Source: Longimicrobiales bacterium (GTDB lineage: Bacteria; Gemmatimonadota; Gemmatimonadetes; Longimicrobiales; Gaopeijiaceae). From it: a stretch of 64,000 nt of DNA. Within the stretch, counting starts at the first letter, position 1; each line of letters begins with the position of its first letter. A model generated the notes under the pieces. It was given only the letters and a program-made list of their open reading frames with translations, was not told the origin of the DNA and searched no databases. The stretch spans positions 1,248,001-1,312,000 of the forward strand of contig OZ242008.1 in assembly GCA_965204735.1 (NCBI GenBank), written 5' to 3'. Below are positions 36,889 to 45,395 of the stretch, in pieces. The position numbers and the translations under genes are program-made.

Positions 36889-37661
36889 GGCGACGCCCGA
36901 CGCGGGTCCCGCAGCGCCTCCGCCATGCGGTCGGCCGCGGCGGCAATGCACCGCTCGCCGATCCGGCGGCTCATTCCCCGCGGGTCGCCCAGGACGCCGT
37001 TGGGGGCGACGGCCCTGAAGCCCTCGCGGAAGAGCCGTTCGGCCAGCTCCTGGTCGAATCCGCCTGCGTAGCCCGGCTCCGCCCGCGCCCGGCGAACCAG
37101 TTCGGGGCGGATGCACAGCATCTCCGAGCTCTCGGCGATGTCGGCGTGGCCGCCGACCCTCTCCCGCTTCCCCGGTGCGGCCTCCTCCACCGCCGCCTCC
37201 CAGGTGGCGACGAACTCGGCCAAGTCGGTGTACGCCCGCACGTCGCAGCAGGAACCGACGGCGGCGCGGACGCGGTCCAGCATCTCTGCCAGGGGGGCGA
37301 AGTTGCCGCCGTGGGAGGGCACGAAGCAGGTCGCGCGGAAGCCGTGTCGCGCCAAGCTGGTGGCGTAGTCCGTGCAGACGGCCTCCAGGGTGGCGGGCCT
37401 CAGGGAGATCGTGCCCGCAAAGCCCATGTGGTGCTCGGAGCATCCGATTCGCACCGTGGGGGCGACCAGCGCCCGCTCGAGCCGGCGGGCGACCTCCAGG
37501 GCCAGCCGGTCTCCCCGGGCCGCGTCGACCAGCAGGGGCAGGTGCGGACCGTGCTGCTCCACCGCGCCGACCGCGACCACCGCCGTGTCGTAGCCGTTGG
37601 ACAGCGCTCGCTGCACCTCGGGCCACGTCATCTCTTCAAGCAGCAGGTTGGGTTCGACCAT
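36885..37661 (-). CDS. Creatininase / amidohydrolase family protein
   Basis: MTWPEV, GAVEQHGPHLPL..D, SEHH.GFAGT, SHGGN, GHA...ESS, NGVLGDP. Confidence 0.92.
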   Translation of the reverse strand: MVEPNLLLEEMTWPEVQRALSNGYDTAVVAVGAVEQHGPHLPLLVDAARGDRLALEVARRLERALVAPTVRIGCSEHHMGFAGTISLRPATLEAVCTDYATSLARHGFRATCFVPSHGGNFAPLAEMLDRVRAAVGSCCDVRAYTDLAEFVATWEAAVEEAAPGKRERVGGHADIAESSEMLCIRPELVRRARAEPGYAGGFDQELAERLFREGFRAVAPNGVLGDPRGMSRRIGERCIAAAADRMAEALRDPRRASP

Positions 37662-37764
37662 GGGGCGCAAGGTATCTTTGGAACCGCGCTTCGCCCAGTA
37701 GGAGCGTCCTCCCCTCCAGCCCCGGCACGCACCCGGCCGGCTCCCGAGGAGCGTCGTTGGCCCT

Positions 37765-38556
37765 ATGTCGTTGGCCCGTCCCGTGTCGTTGGCCCGCCCT
37801 GCGCCGTCGCAGCAGTTGGCGGAGCGCGCCCTCTCGCCCGGACTCGGCCCGGAGGAGATCGAAGCTCTCCGGCGGGAGACGCGCGACGGCCTGCTGGCCG
37901 AGTCCAAGTGGATCCGCGAGCCCGACTTCAAGTCGATCCACGCCGACGACTTGCGCTTCCTCTTCCGCTCCTACGACGAACGCTTCCTCGGCGGCCTCTG
38001 CGCGCGGGCCGTCGCGCCGGGGAAGCTCTCGTTCCGGCTTTCCCAGAGGATGACCCGCGCTGCCGGGAAGGCGGCCCGCTTCGCCCACGCCTCCGGGAGC
38101 GTGGACTACGAGGTCGTGGTGTCGGCAACGCTCCTCTTCGACGGGTTCGGGCCGTTCGACCGGGACGTGACCGTGGCGGGCCTGCCGTGCGCGAGTCGCC
38201 TGGAGGCGCTGCAGCGGATATTCGAGCACGAGCTGGTCCACCTGATCGAGTTCGTCGCATGGAAGAGGAGCGACTGCCGGGCGGCGCGCTTCCAAGCAAT
38301 CGCGACCCGTCTCTTCGGGCACCGCGAGTACACTCACCAGCTGATCACGAGGCAAGAGCGGGCGGCAGCCGTGGGGATCGTGGTCGGTTCGCGCGTCTCC
38401 TTCGCGATCGACGGCAAGCAGCTTGAGGGGCGCGTCAACCGCGTCACGAAGCGCGCCACCGTGCTCGTGCCCGACCCGCAGGGCATCGAGTACAGCGACG
38501 GGAAGCGCTACGCCAAGTACTACGTTCCTCTCACGGCGATCACGCTGCTGCCATAG
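37765..38556 (+). CDS. SprT-like metalloprotease
   Basis: SQRMTRAAGK, FEHELVHL (HExxH), GRVNRVTKRATVLV; start uncertain. Confidence 0.75.
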   Translation: MSLARPVSLARPAPSQQLAERALSPGLGPEEIEALRRETRDGLLAESKWIREPDFKSIHADDLRFLFRSYDERFLGGLCARAVAPGKLSFRLSQRMTRAAGKAARFAHASGSVDYEVVVSATLLFDGFGPFDRDVTVAGLPCASRLEALQRIFEHELVHLIEFVAWKRSDCRAARFQAIATRLFGHREYTHQLITRQERAAAVGIVVGSRVSFAIDGKQLEGRVNRVTKRATVLVPDPQGIEYSDGKRYAKYYVPLTAITLLP

Positions 38557-38579
38557 GACCGGACGCCGACCCGGTGCAT

Positions 38580-38609
38580 TTGACGGTGCCGCCGTCCCTC
38601 GGATAGGAT
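38580..38609 (+). promoter_or_regulatory. Candidate sigma70-type promoter upstream of the type III RM remnant
   Basis: TTGACG (38580-38585), 18-nt spacer, TAGGAT (38604-38609). Confidence 0.3.
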
Positions 38610-38680
38610 GGGCGCGCCACGACCGTCCGTCTTTTGCGCTGTTCCACTCTCCCCGCGCGCCCGCTGCCTTTACGTGAACC

Positions 38681-39745
38681 CGTCGGCAGGCCGAGAACCT
38701 CTCCGACTCCGACATCCTGCGCGAGGTCATGAACACGGTCGGCAAGGCGGGCCGGCTGGGCGGCGGCATCCGATGCGTGGTGTCGGTGTCGATGCTCATG
38801 TGCTGGGCATCCCCTTCGACTTCACCGCCGAGCCCGTGGTGGCGCCGCCCCAGCCGCCGATGGAGACCGTGGAGGTGCGGGCGGTCGTGCCCGAGCGCGA
38901 CGCCTGCGAACTCCGCTTCCCCCGCGTGCAGGGCTACCGCGTGGAGCTTCCCGAGGAGCGGCTGTCCGCCACCTTCAGCGAAGACTCGACGTTGGAGCTC
39001 ACCCCGGAGCTGGTCGGTCCCACCCGCACCCGCAACCAGGGCATCATCGGCCAGGGGGTGGACCTGACGTTGGAAGGGCCGAAGAATGTGCGCACGAACA
39101 CGCTCGTGTACGAACTCGCCTGGAGGCTGCTCGAAAACCGAGTGGCGGGACGCCGACGAGGAGCCCAAGCTGTACCTGTTCGGCCAGCTCAAGCAGATCA
39201 CCCGTCGCTGGCTGGGCAGCCATCTGGCGTGCACCGGCGGCGCCTTTCCCGCCCAGCTCATGTACCGGGAGCTGGCCGACAGGGCCTGCGAGCGCATTCA
39301 CCAGGGCATCGTGTCGCGCCACGAGGGCGACCGCCCGGTCAAGGCGATGCTGGACCCCTACAACCCCTGGGGCTCCACCGCCGCCGTGCGCTTCACCACG
39401 TCCAAGACCCACCGATGGAAGACCGCCGCCGACCTCTGTCACGTGAATTGGGCCGTCTGCGACAGCGACTGGGAGCTGGAGTTCTGCCGCGTGGCCGAGT
39501 CCGACCCCCGAGTCCGCGCCTACGTGAAGAACCAGGGGCTGAGCCTGGAGGTCCCCTACCGCGACGGCTCGGTGTCGCGCATCTACGTCCCCGACTTTAT
39601 CTTGCAGGTGGACGACGGCCGCGGCGCCGGCGATCTTCTGAACCTGATCGTCGAGATCAAGGGCCGTCGCCGAGAGGACGCCAACGCCAAGAGGAACGCC
39701 ATGACGCCTGCGCTGGACGCGGCGATCGAGGGAGGACTCGGATGA
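38681..39745 (+). pseudogene. Type III restriction (Res) helicase/endonuclease remnant: 5'-truncated, internally deleted and frameshifted
   Basis: [25 protein letters not shown]; frame change at ~38797 to [20 protein letters not shown]; frameshift at ~39135; WELEFCRVAE..AYVKNQGL.LEVPY..Y.PDFI..LIVEIKG (PD-(D/E)XK). Confidence 0.85.
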
Positions 39746-40371
39746 CGAGAGACGACATCGTGTTGGCCGGGATGGCCGCCGCCGGGCCAAGCACCAAGTT
39801 CGATGCGGTGCAGCTGCAAGAGCTCTTCTTTCTCATCGATCGGGAGGTACCGCAGCTGATCGACGGCCCGCACTTCGACTTCAGGCCCTGTCACTACGGT
39901 CCCTTCGACGGAGCCGTCTACGACGTACTCGACGGCCTGCTGGAATCCAGCGATGCAGCCGTTGACACCTCCTCCCGATATCCGCGGTATTCTCTAACGG
40001 CTTCTGGTGTGCAGAAGGGCGTCCACTTCCTCGAGGAGATGCACGACAGCGCGTCCGCCTACATGAGGGAGGCCAGCGACTGGATTGTGGCTACGCCCTT
40101 CCCGCCTCTGCTGGCGGCTATCTATCGGCAATACCCCGACATGGCCAGAAACAGCGCCGTTCCCCACTTGGCCAAGCCATACCCGAGAGCCACATTCCGC
40201 TACCCAACACCTTCGCTCGCGTCTGGGATGGCAAGGGCGCTTGACCTCTTCGGCACGCTGGATGACCTTGAGGCCACTATCGGCGACCCGGAGGTTGATG
40301 CGTTGGCAACCTGCAACGACTGGCGTGCCGTCGCTGAAGACATCGAGGCGGCGATGGGGCGAACAGACTAG
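39742..40371 (+). CDS. Winged-helix protein, Panacea/SocA(DUF4065)/YwgA-like, with a C-terminal extension
   Basis: RBS GGAGG with ATGA overlap; VQLQELFFLID..FDFRPCHYGPF..VY..L..L; YSLTASG; AIYRQYP. Confidence 0.65.
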   Translation: MTRDDIVLAGMAAAGPSTKFDAVQLQELFFLIDREVPQLIDGPHFDFRPCHYGPFDGAVYDVLDGLLESSDAAVDTSSRYPRYSLTASGVQKGVHFLEEMHDSASAYMREASDWIVATPFPPLLAAIYRQYPDMARNSAVPHLAKPYPRATFRYPTPSLASGMARALDLFGTLDDLEATIGDPEVDALATCNDWRAVAEDIEAAMGRTD

Positions 40372-40373
40372 CC

Positions 40374-40844
40374 GTGGCCAGGCGACTCTACACCGACGCG
40401 GAGTTGGACGCCCTGCGAACGATGCGGAAGCGTGTCACGAATCCCGGAGCACGCTGGGTCCCCAAGCCCAAGAAGAAACCTGGTCACCGCCAGCGAATCT
40501 TTCGTGCTTCGGCGGTCGACGAGGACCTGGAGTTCTTGATCTTCCAGAGGGAAGGTCTCCTGGACAAGCTTGACTATTCCTGTGGACTTGTCTGCGTTTC
40601 ACGTGGCGACCGGCTGATACTGGTACGATACAATGGCCCGGGACATGAGCATGGCGACATCACGTTTCGCCCACACATCCATCGTGCTACCGAGCATGTC
40701 ATCGCTGACGGTTTACGACCGGATTCCCATGCGCAAGAAACCGATCGCTTTGACTCACTTCAGGGGGCTCTCGCTTGCTTGATCGCCGACTGCGCCGTAA
40801 GTGGTCTACCTGCACCGCCTGGCCAATCCGTTGTTCTGACATGA
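40374..40844 (+). CDS. DUF6978-like hypothetical protein with a His-rich motif
   Basis: DYSCGL..LILVRYNGPGHEH..PHIH.ATE..AL.CLI.DC; lower GC; coupled to the next gene. Confidence 0.6.
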   Translation: MARRLYTDAELDALRTMRKRVTNPGARWVPKPKKKPGHRQRIFRASAVDEDLEFLIFQREGLLDKLDYSCGLVCVSRGDRLILVRYNGPGHEHGDITFRPHIHRATEHVIADGLRPDSHAQETDRFDSLQGALACLIADCAVSGLPAPPGQSVVLT

Positions 40845-41620
40845 CCTTCGATACCGTCGCACTGGAAAAGCTGCTCTGCGAGCGTCTATGTCACGACGTG
40901 AAGGTTATCGAGCGCTTTGACGGTGCCCTGATGGTCAGTACGCATTTTCGGTTTCCAGACGGCGATAACTTCCCCATTCATCTTACGGCTTCGTCTTCCG
41001 GTGGACTGACGTTGTCCGACCGAGGACATACAATGATGCACATGAGTTACGAACACGATGTTGATTCTTTTTTGGAAGGTACTCGCGGCATGCTGTTGGA
41101 GCGAATAATGACAGAATCAGGTTTGCAATGGGATGGTGGCGCCCTGAGTCTTGATACGTCTCCCGAGAAGCTGTCCGAAGCCGTCTTTGTGTTTGGCCAG
41201 GCACTGACGAGGATTTACGATCTTACCATGCTGTCGCGGTCGAACGTCGGCTCCACCTTCTACGACGATCTGGCAGATGTCCTGAACGATCTAGTTGATG
41301 AATCGAAACTCCAGAAGGATTATGAACCATCAGTGCCAAACTCGGCTGCATATCCGGTGGATTATCTGATCAACGGTAGGAACGACAACCGAATCTTCCT
41401 ATATGGCGTGCCCAATCGAGACAAGGCACGACTGACGACAATTATGTTGTCGTATTTTCATCGAAACAACCTCCTCTTCGATTCCATCATCGTCTTCGAG
41501 AACCAGACCGAGATTCCCAGACTTGACCTCGCCCGACTGACAGATGTCGCAGGAGACATGATCTCGTCCCTTGCAGCACGAGACGACCTGACGCGGAAGC
41601 TCCGTCGGCTGGCATCGTGA
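40841..41620 (+). CDS. DUF1828(/DUF1829)-like protein
   Basis: VSTHFRFPDGDNFPIHL..LTLSDRGHT; STFYDDL; YPVDYLI; ATGA coupling; lower GC. Confidence 0.75.
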   Translation: MTFDTVALEKLLCERLCHDVKVIERFDGALMVSTHFRFPDGDNFPIHLTASSSGGLTLSDRGHTMMHMSYEHDVDSFLEGTRGMLLERIMTESGLQWDGGALSLDTSPEKLSEAVFVFGQALTRIYDLTMLSRSNVGSTFYDDLADVLNDLVDESKLQKDYEPSVPNSAAYPVDYLINGRNDNRIFLYGVPNRDKARLTTIMLSYFHRNNLLFDSIIVFENQTEIPRLDLARLTDVAGDMISSLAARDDLTRKLRRLAS

Positions 41621-41622
41621 TA

Positions 41623-42417
41623 ATGAGCAAACGACGCCGTCCGCCGAAGCGAGTCGAGACGATCACCCACGACGAGGCGTCCCGCAAGAACATCCCGACG
41701 GCCAAGCACCAGCCCGTCATGTTCGAAGGCGACCGGACGCCCATTCAGGTCGCCTACGAGCGCCGCAACGCCGACCTCGACCCCCAGCTGGTGTGGCGTG
41801 GCAAGGACATGCAGGACTGGTCCGACCTCGTGGTGCCCGACTTAGCGCGCGCCGCCCGAGAGGCCGCCGAGGCCGGGTTCGACCTGTTGATCGCCTGCGC
41901 CTTCAACTTCGGCCCCCACACGACCGATTTCAACAAGCTGGGCCGCATTCGCGTGTTGAAGCCGCGGATCAACGCCGACCTTCACATGGCCGACGACCTC
42001 AAGAACACGGGCAAGGGCAACCTGTTCGTGATCTTTGGGGAGCCGGACATAGACATTATTCGGGTCGGCGACGACGGGTCCGAAGACGACAGGGTTCAGG
42101 TCAAGATTCGAGGCGTGGACGTCTTCCATCCGGGCAGCGGCGAGATTCGCAGCGACGACACCGACGGCATCGCCTGCTGGTTCATCGACACGGACTACAG
42201 CGAAGAGAGCTTTTTCGTCCGTCACGCCTACTTCCTTGGCGCGAGCGACCCCTACAAGTCCCTCAAGACCAGCCTGAAGGCCGAGATCAACCCCGACGCC
42301 TGGGCTACGCTCCATAGCGACACCTCCCGTCCCTTCCACCGGCCCGAGACGGGTCGCATCGCGGTCAAGGTGATCAACCACCTGGGCGATGAGGTCATGA
42401 AGGTGTTTCGGGCGTGA
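41623..42417 (+). pseudogene. Type III RM Mod DNA methyltransferase with a large in-frame internal deletion
   Basis: N-terminus RKNIPTA..RRN.DLDPQLVWRGKD.QDWSDLVV joins directly at ~41835 to the C-terminus PDLARAAREA..LFVIFGEPDI..CWFIDTDY..SFFVRHAYF..IAVKVINHLGDEVMKVF. No DPPY or SAM-binding motif. Confidence 0.85.
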
Positions 42418-42452
42418 GTGCCGTTCCGCCGCCTTCGCCCACGCGCACCGGG

Positions 42453-42776
42453 ATGACCCGCAACGACGTCCTCGACTTCCTGCGTGCTCACAAGGCCGAG
42501 TTGGCACGCCGGTTCGGTGTCGGGGATATTGCTCTCTTTGGTTCCTTCAGCCGCGACGACGCCACGGAGGACAGCGACATCGACATCTTGGTCCACTTCG
42601 ACCGTCCAGCGACGCTCAGGTCGTTCTTCGGTGCCCAGTTCTATCTGGAGGACAGGCTGGGCCGGCGAGTCGACCTGGTTACCCACAGGGCCTTGCGGTC
42701 GGAGTTCCGACCCTACGTGGAGGCAGAGGCGATCCACGTGGTCGAGCCCTTGGACGGGGAAGAGGGCGGACCGTGA
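42453..42776 (+). CDS. Minimal nucleotidyltransferase (MNT) without an adjacent HEPN partner
   Basis: FGV..IALFGSFSRDDATEDSDIDILV..LE..LGRRVDLVT; alternative GTG start at 42414. Confidence 0.9.
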   Translation: MTRNDVLDFLRAHKAELARRFGVGDIALFGSFSRDDATEDSDIDILVHFDRPATLRSFFGAQFYLEDRLGRRVDLVTHRALRSEFRPYVEAEAIHVVEPLDGEEGGP

Positions 42777-44104
42777 AGCTGGACGCCTTTCGCCTGGAAG
42801 ACGTGCGGTGCTTCGCCGGACCGCAGACAGTTCGCATTCGGCCCCTGACTTTTTTGGTCGGCGAGAACAGCACCGGCAAGTCCACTGTTCTTGGGTGCAT
42901 GCAGGCAGTGGCGGACTACATGGCCGACACGGACATGGAGGTGGACCTCAATCGTCATCCTTACGAGATGGGGTCTTTTCGGGAGGTCGTGCGCAGGAGC
43001 CGGCCGCTCGTCCAGTCGTTCAAGCTAGGGGTGAAGTGGCGCGGGGACGACGAAGGAGAGGTTGCAAGCTACACGCTTGAGTTGCATGAGCGTGAAGGAG
43101 GAGCACGGGCGACTGTGCGCGAGGCCGTCTGGCGCTTGCCGGATGTCGAGTTTCGGATGCGCCTAGGTCGCCCCGGGAGACTCTCTCCGAGGATGTTTAC
43201 GAGAGCAAAGACCGGCGGCGGCGGATTGTCCGTGGTGTTCGACGTCCCGCAACCGTGGTTCTACCGGTTCCAGGCACGCCCTTGGAGGTGGTCTTTCATG
43301 CTTGATTCTCGGGTGAAAGGTGGTAAGCCCGTGAACAGGGCAGTTCGGTCTGTTGTCGCCAAGTACGCCAACCAGTTCCGAAGCCTCCAGTTCGGACTGT
43401 CGCCAGCAAGGAGCATTGCTCCGGTTCGGTCGAAGCCCGAGCGAACATACAATCCGTTCTCGGACGTGCCCGATCCCGAGGGCTCGGATGTCCCGGCAGA
43501 CCTCGCCGGCATTGCGAGAAGGGGAGGCCGCAAGTGGGACGATCTGAAGGCCTGGCTCGAGCGCTTTGGTCGCGAGTCTGGGCTGTTTTCCGAGCTTGCC
43601 GTAAGGCGGCTCGGAAAATCCGGTAGCGACCCGTTTCAGTTGCAGGTCAGGGCACGCGGTCCAAAAGCCAACATCAAGGACGTCGGCTACGGCGTCAGTC
43701 AGATTCTGCCGATCCTGGTTCGTCTTGTGCATCCAACGGAGAGGGCCGCTACCTTTCTTGTACAGCAACCAGAGGTGCATCTGCACCCACGAGGCCAAGC
43801 CGCACTGTCGTCCATAATGATCGGGCTCCTGGACCCCAATAGCGAACATCGTCGCGGACTGCCTTTGCGTTTCGTGATCGAAACCCACAGCGACTACATG
43901 ATCGACCGCGCCAGAATCGCGATTCGACGCGGACATATCTCGTCGGACGACGTTTCCTTGGTCTACTTCGAGGCGAAATCTCGCGGCGGAGTCGTTGTGC
44001 ACAACATCTGCTTCGACGAAATGGGGCACATGACGGGGGCTCCGGCCGGCTATCGGGATTTCTTTCTGAAGGAGTCCGACGCTCTGCTCGGCTTTGGGGA
44101 GTAG
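42773..44104 (+). CDS. ABC-type ATPase (AAA_15/AAA_21, DUF3696-like C-terminus)
   Basis: Walker A GENSTGKS, signature-like VGYGVSQILP, Walker B variant LVQQPEVHLHP, H-loop IETHS. Confidence 0.9.
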   Translation: MKLDAFRLEDVRCFAGPQTVRIRPLTFLVGENSTGKSTVLGCMQAVADYMADTDMEVDLNRHPYEMGSFREVVRRSRPLVQSFKLGVKWRGDDEGEVASYTLELHEREGGARATVREAVWRLPDVEFRMRLGRPGRLSPRMFTRAKTGGGGLSVVFDVPQPWFYRFQARPWRWSFMLDSRVKGGKPVNRAVRSVVAKYANQFRSLQFGLSPARSIAPVRSKPERTYNPFSDVPDPEGSDVPADLAGIARRGGRKWDDLKAWLERFGRESGLFSELAVRRLGKSGSDPFQLQVRARGPKANIKDVGYGVSQILPILVRLVHPTERAATFLVQQPEVHLHPRGQAALSSIMIGLLDPNSEHRRGLPLRFVIETHSDYMIDRARIAIRRGHISSDDVSLVYFEAKSRGGVVVHNICFDEMGHMTGAPAGYRDFFLKESDALLGFGE

Positions 44105-44108
44105 AGCG

Positions 44109-44537
44109 GTGTGCATCATACTGGACGCGAACCTGTTCAGCGACTACTTGCAGAACACGCCGGACATGAAGCCGGTGCGAAGATGGCTCGAGGGCGGCAG
44201 GGGAACACCAAGCAGGGGCAAGCTTGCCTACTCGCCGACTGCGAAGTTCCGGGCCGAACTCGGACGACATCGCAAGTTCAAGACGAAACTCGACGCACTG
44301 AATCGCGCTGGGCTGCTGAAGATGGTCCCGGAGAGCAAGGTTGCCGAGGAGGAGGGCAAGCTGCCGAACCTGAAGTCCGACGACCCTCACGTGGTCGCGT
44401 TGGCCGTCGCCGGACATGTTTCGCTTCTCGTTTCCAAGGACCAGGCCTTGCACAAGGACTTCAAGAAGGTGGCCGGAGGCAAGGTCTACCAAACGGCGGC
44501 GCACAAGCGTCTTCTGACCCCCGATCTGTGCGCATAG
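44109..44537 (+). CDS. PIN-domain-like protein
   Basis: VCIILDAN at the N-terminus, SDDPHVVALA, LLVSKDQAL..DF. Confidence 0.75.
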   Translation: MCIILDANLFSDYLQNTPDMKPVRRWLEGGRGTPSRGKLAYSPTAKFRAELGRHRKFKTKLDALNRAGLLKMVPESKVAEEEGKLPNLKSDDPHVVALAVAGHVSLLVSKDQALHKDFKKVAGGKVYQTAAHKRLLTPDLCA

Positions 44538-44550
44538 GCGCTTCGGTGAC

Positions 44551-45297
44551 GTGAAGGTCGCGCTCTTCGTTACCTGCCTTGCGGACCACTACTTCGCCGA
44601 GGCGGCGGCGGACGCGGTGCGCCTTCTCCGTCACCTGGGCTGCGAAGTGGACTTTCCGAGCGACCAGACGTGCTGCGGTCAGCCGGCCTACAACGCCGGC
44701 CGAAGGGACGAAGCGTGCCGGATGGCGCGCCACGCCGTGGAAGTGTTCCGGGAAGGGGAGTGCGGGGAAGGGGAGTGCCCGGTGGTCGTGCCCAGCGGCT
44801 CGTGCGCGACGATGGTGAAGAAGTTCTACCCGCGCATTGCGAAGGAGTCGTCGGCGCTCGCGAGCCGCACGTTCGAGCTGGCGGAGTTCGTCGTGCACCG
44901 GCTCGGGGTAGTCGATCTGGGTAGCGGCCTGGCCGGGAAGCGGATCGCGTTCCACCAAGGGTGCCACGCGCTCCGGGAGCTTCGACTCGAGACCGAGCCG
45001 CAGACGCTTCTCGAGGGCGCCGGCGCGGAGGTCGTGCCCTGGGAGGCCGCGGAGGAGTGCTGCGGATTCGGCGGCCTTTTCTCGGTCAAGATGACTGCCG
45101 TGTCGGGCGCGATGGCGGACCGCAAGCTGAAAACACTCCCGGACGGAGTCGACTGGGTGGTGTCCGGCGACGGCGGCTGCCTTCTGCAGCTGGAAGGCCG
45201 GAGCCGAGCGGAGGGAAGGGACGCCAAGCGCATCGACGCCAAGTTCGTGCACTTGGCCACCGCGCTCTGGAGAGGGGTCGGCGGCGCGCACTCTTGA
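44551..45297 (+). CDS. lutA: Lactate utilisation Fe-S (CCG) protein LutA/LldE
   Basis: VALFVTCL.D, QTCCGQPAYN.G, PSGSC, CCGFGGLFSVK, DGGCL. Confidence 0.92.
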   Translation: MKVALFVTCLADHYFAEAAADAVRLLRHLGCEVDFPSDQTCCGQPAYNAGRRDEACRMARHAVEVFREGECGEGECPVVVPSGSCATMVKKFYPRIAKESSALASRTFELAEFVVHRLGVVDLGSGLAGKRIAFHQGCHALRELRLETEPQTLLEGAGAEVVPWEAAEECCGFGGLFSVKMTAVSGAMADRKLKTLPDGVDWVVSGDGGCLLQLEGRSRAEGRDAKRIDAKFVHLATALWRGVGGAHS

Positions 45298-45395
45298 GCC
45301 GGGCCCAGAATCGGTCCCATTCAGCCATGTAGACGCCCATCGCGGGTCGCAATACTTGAGGGGCAACCCCGATCTCCCACTTGCGGAGCGCGTCC

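Noticed and set aside
36885..37661. Mycofactocin (MftE) or other RiPP cluster
   Set aside because: Creatininase-family gene only, with no precursor, radical SAM or chaperone gene nearby.
38608..40371. 587-aa Res::wHTH fusion ORF
   Set aside because: A chance read-through of a res fragment and off-frame sequence. The wHTH gene has its own RBS and ATG at 39742.
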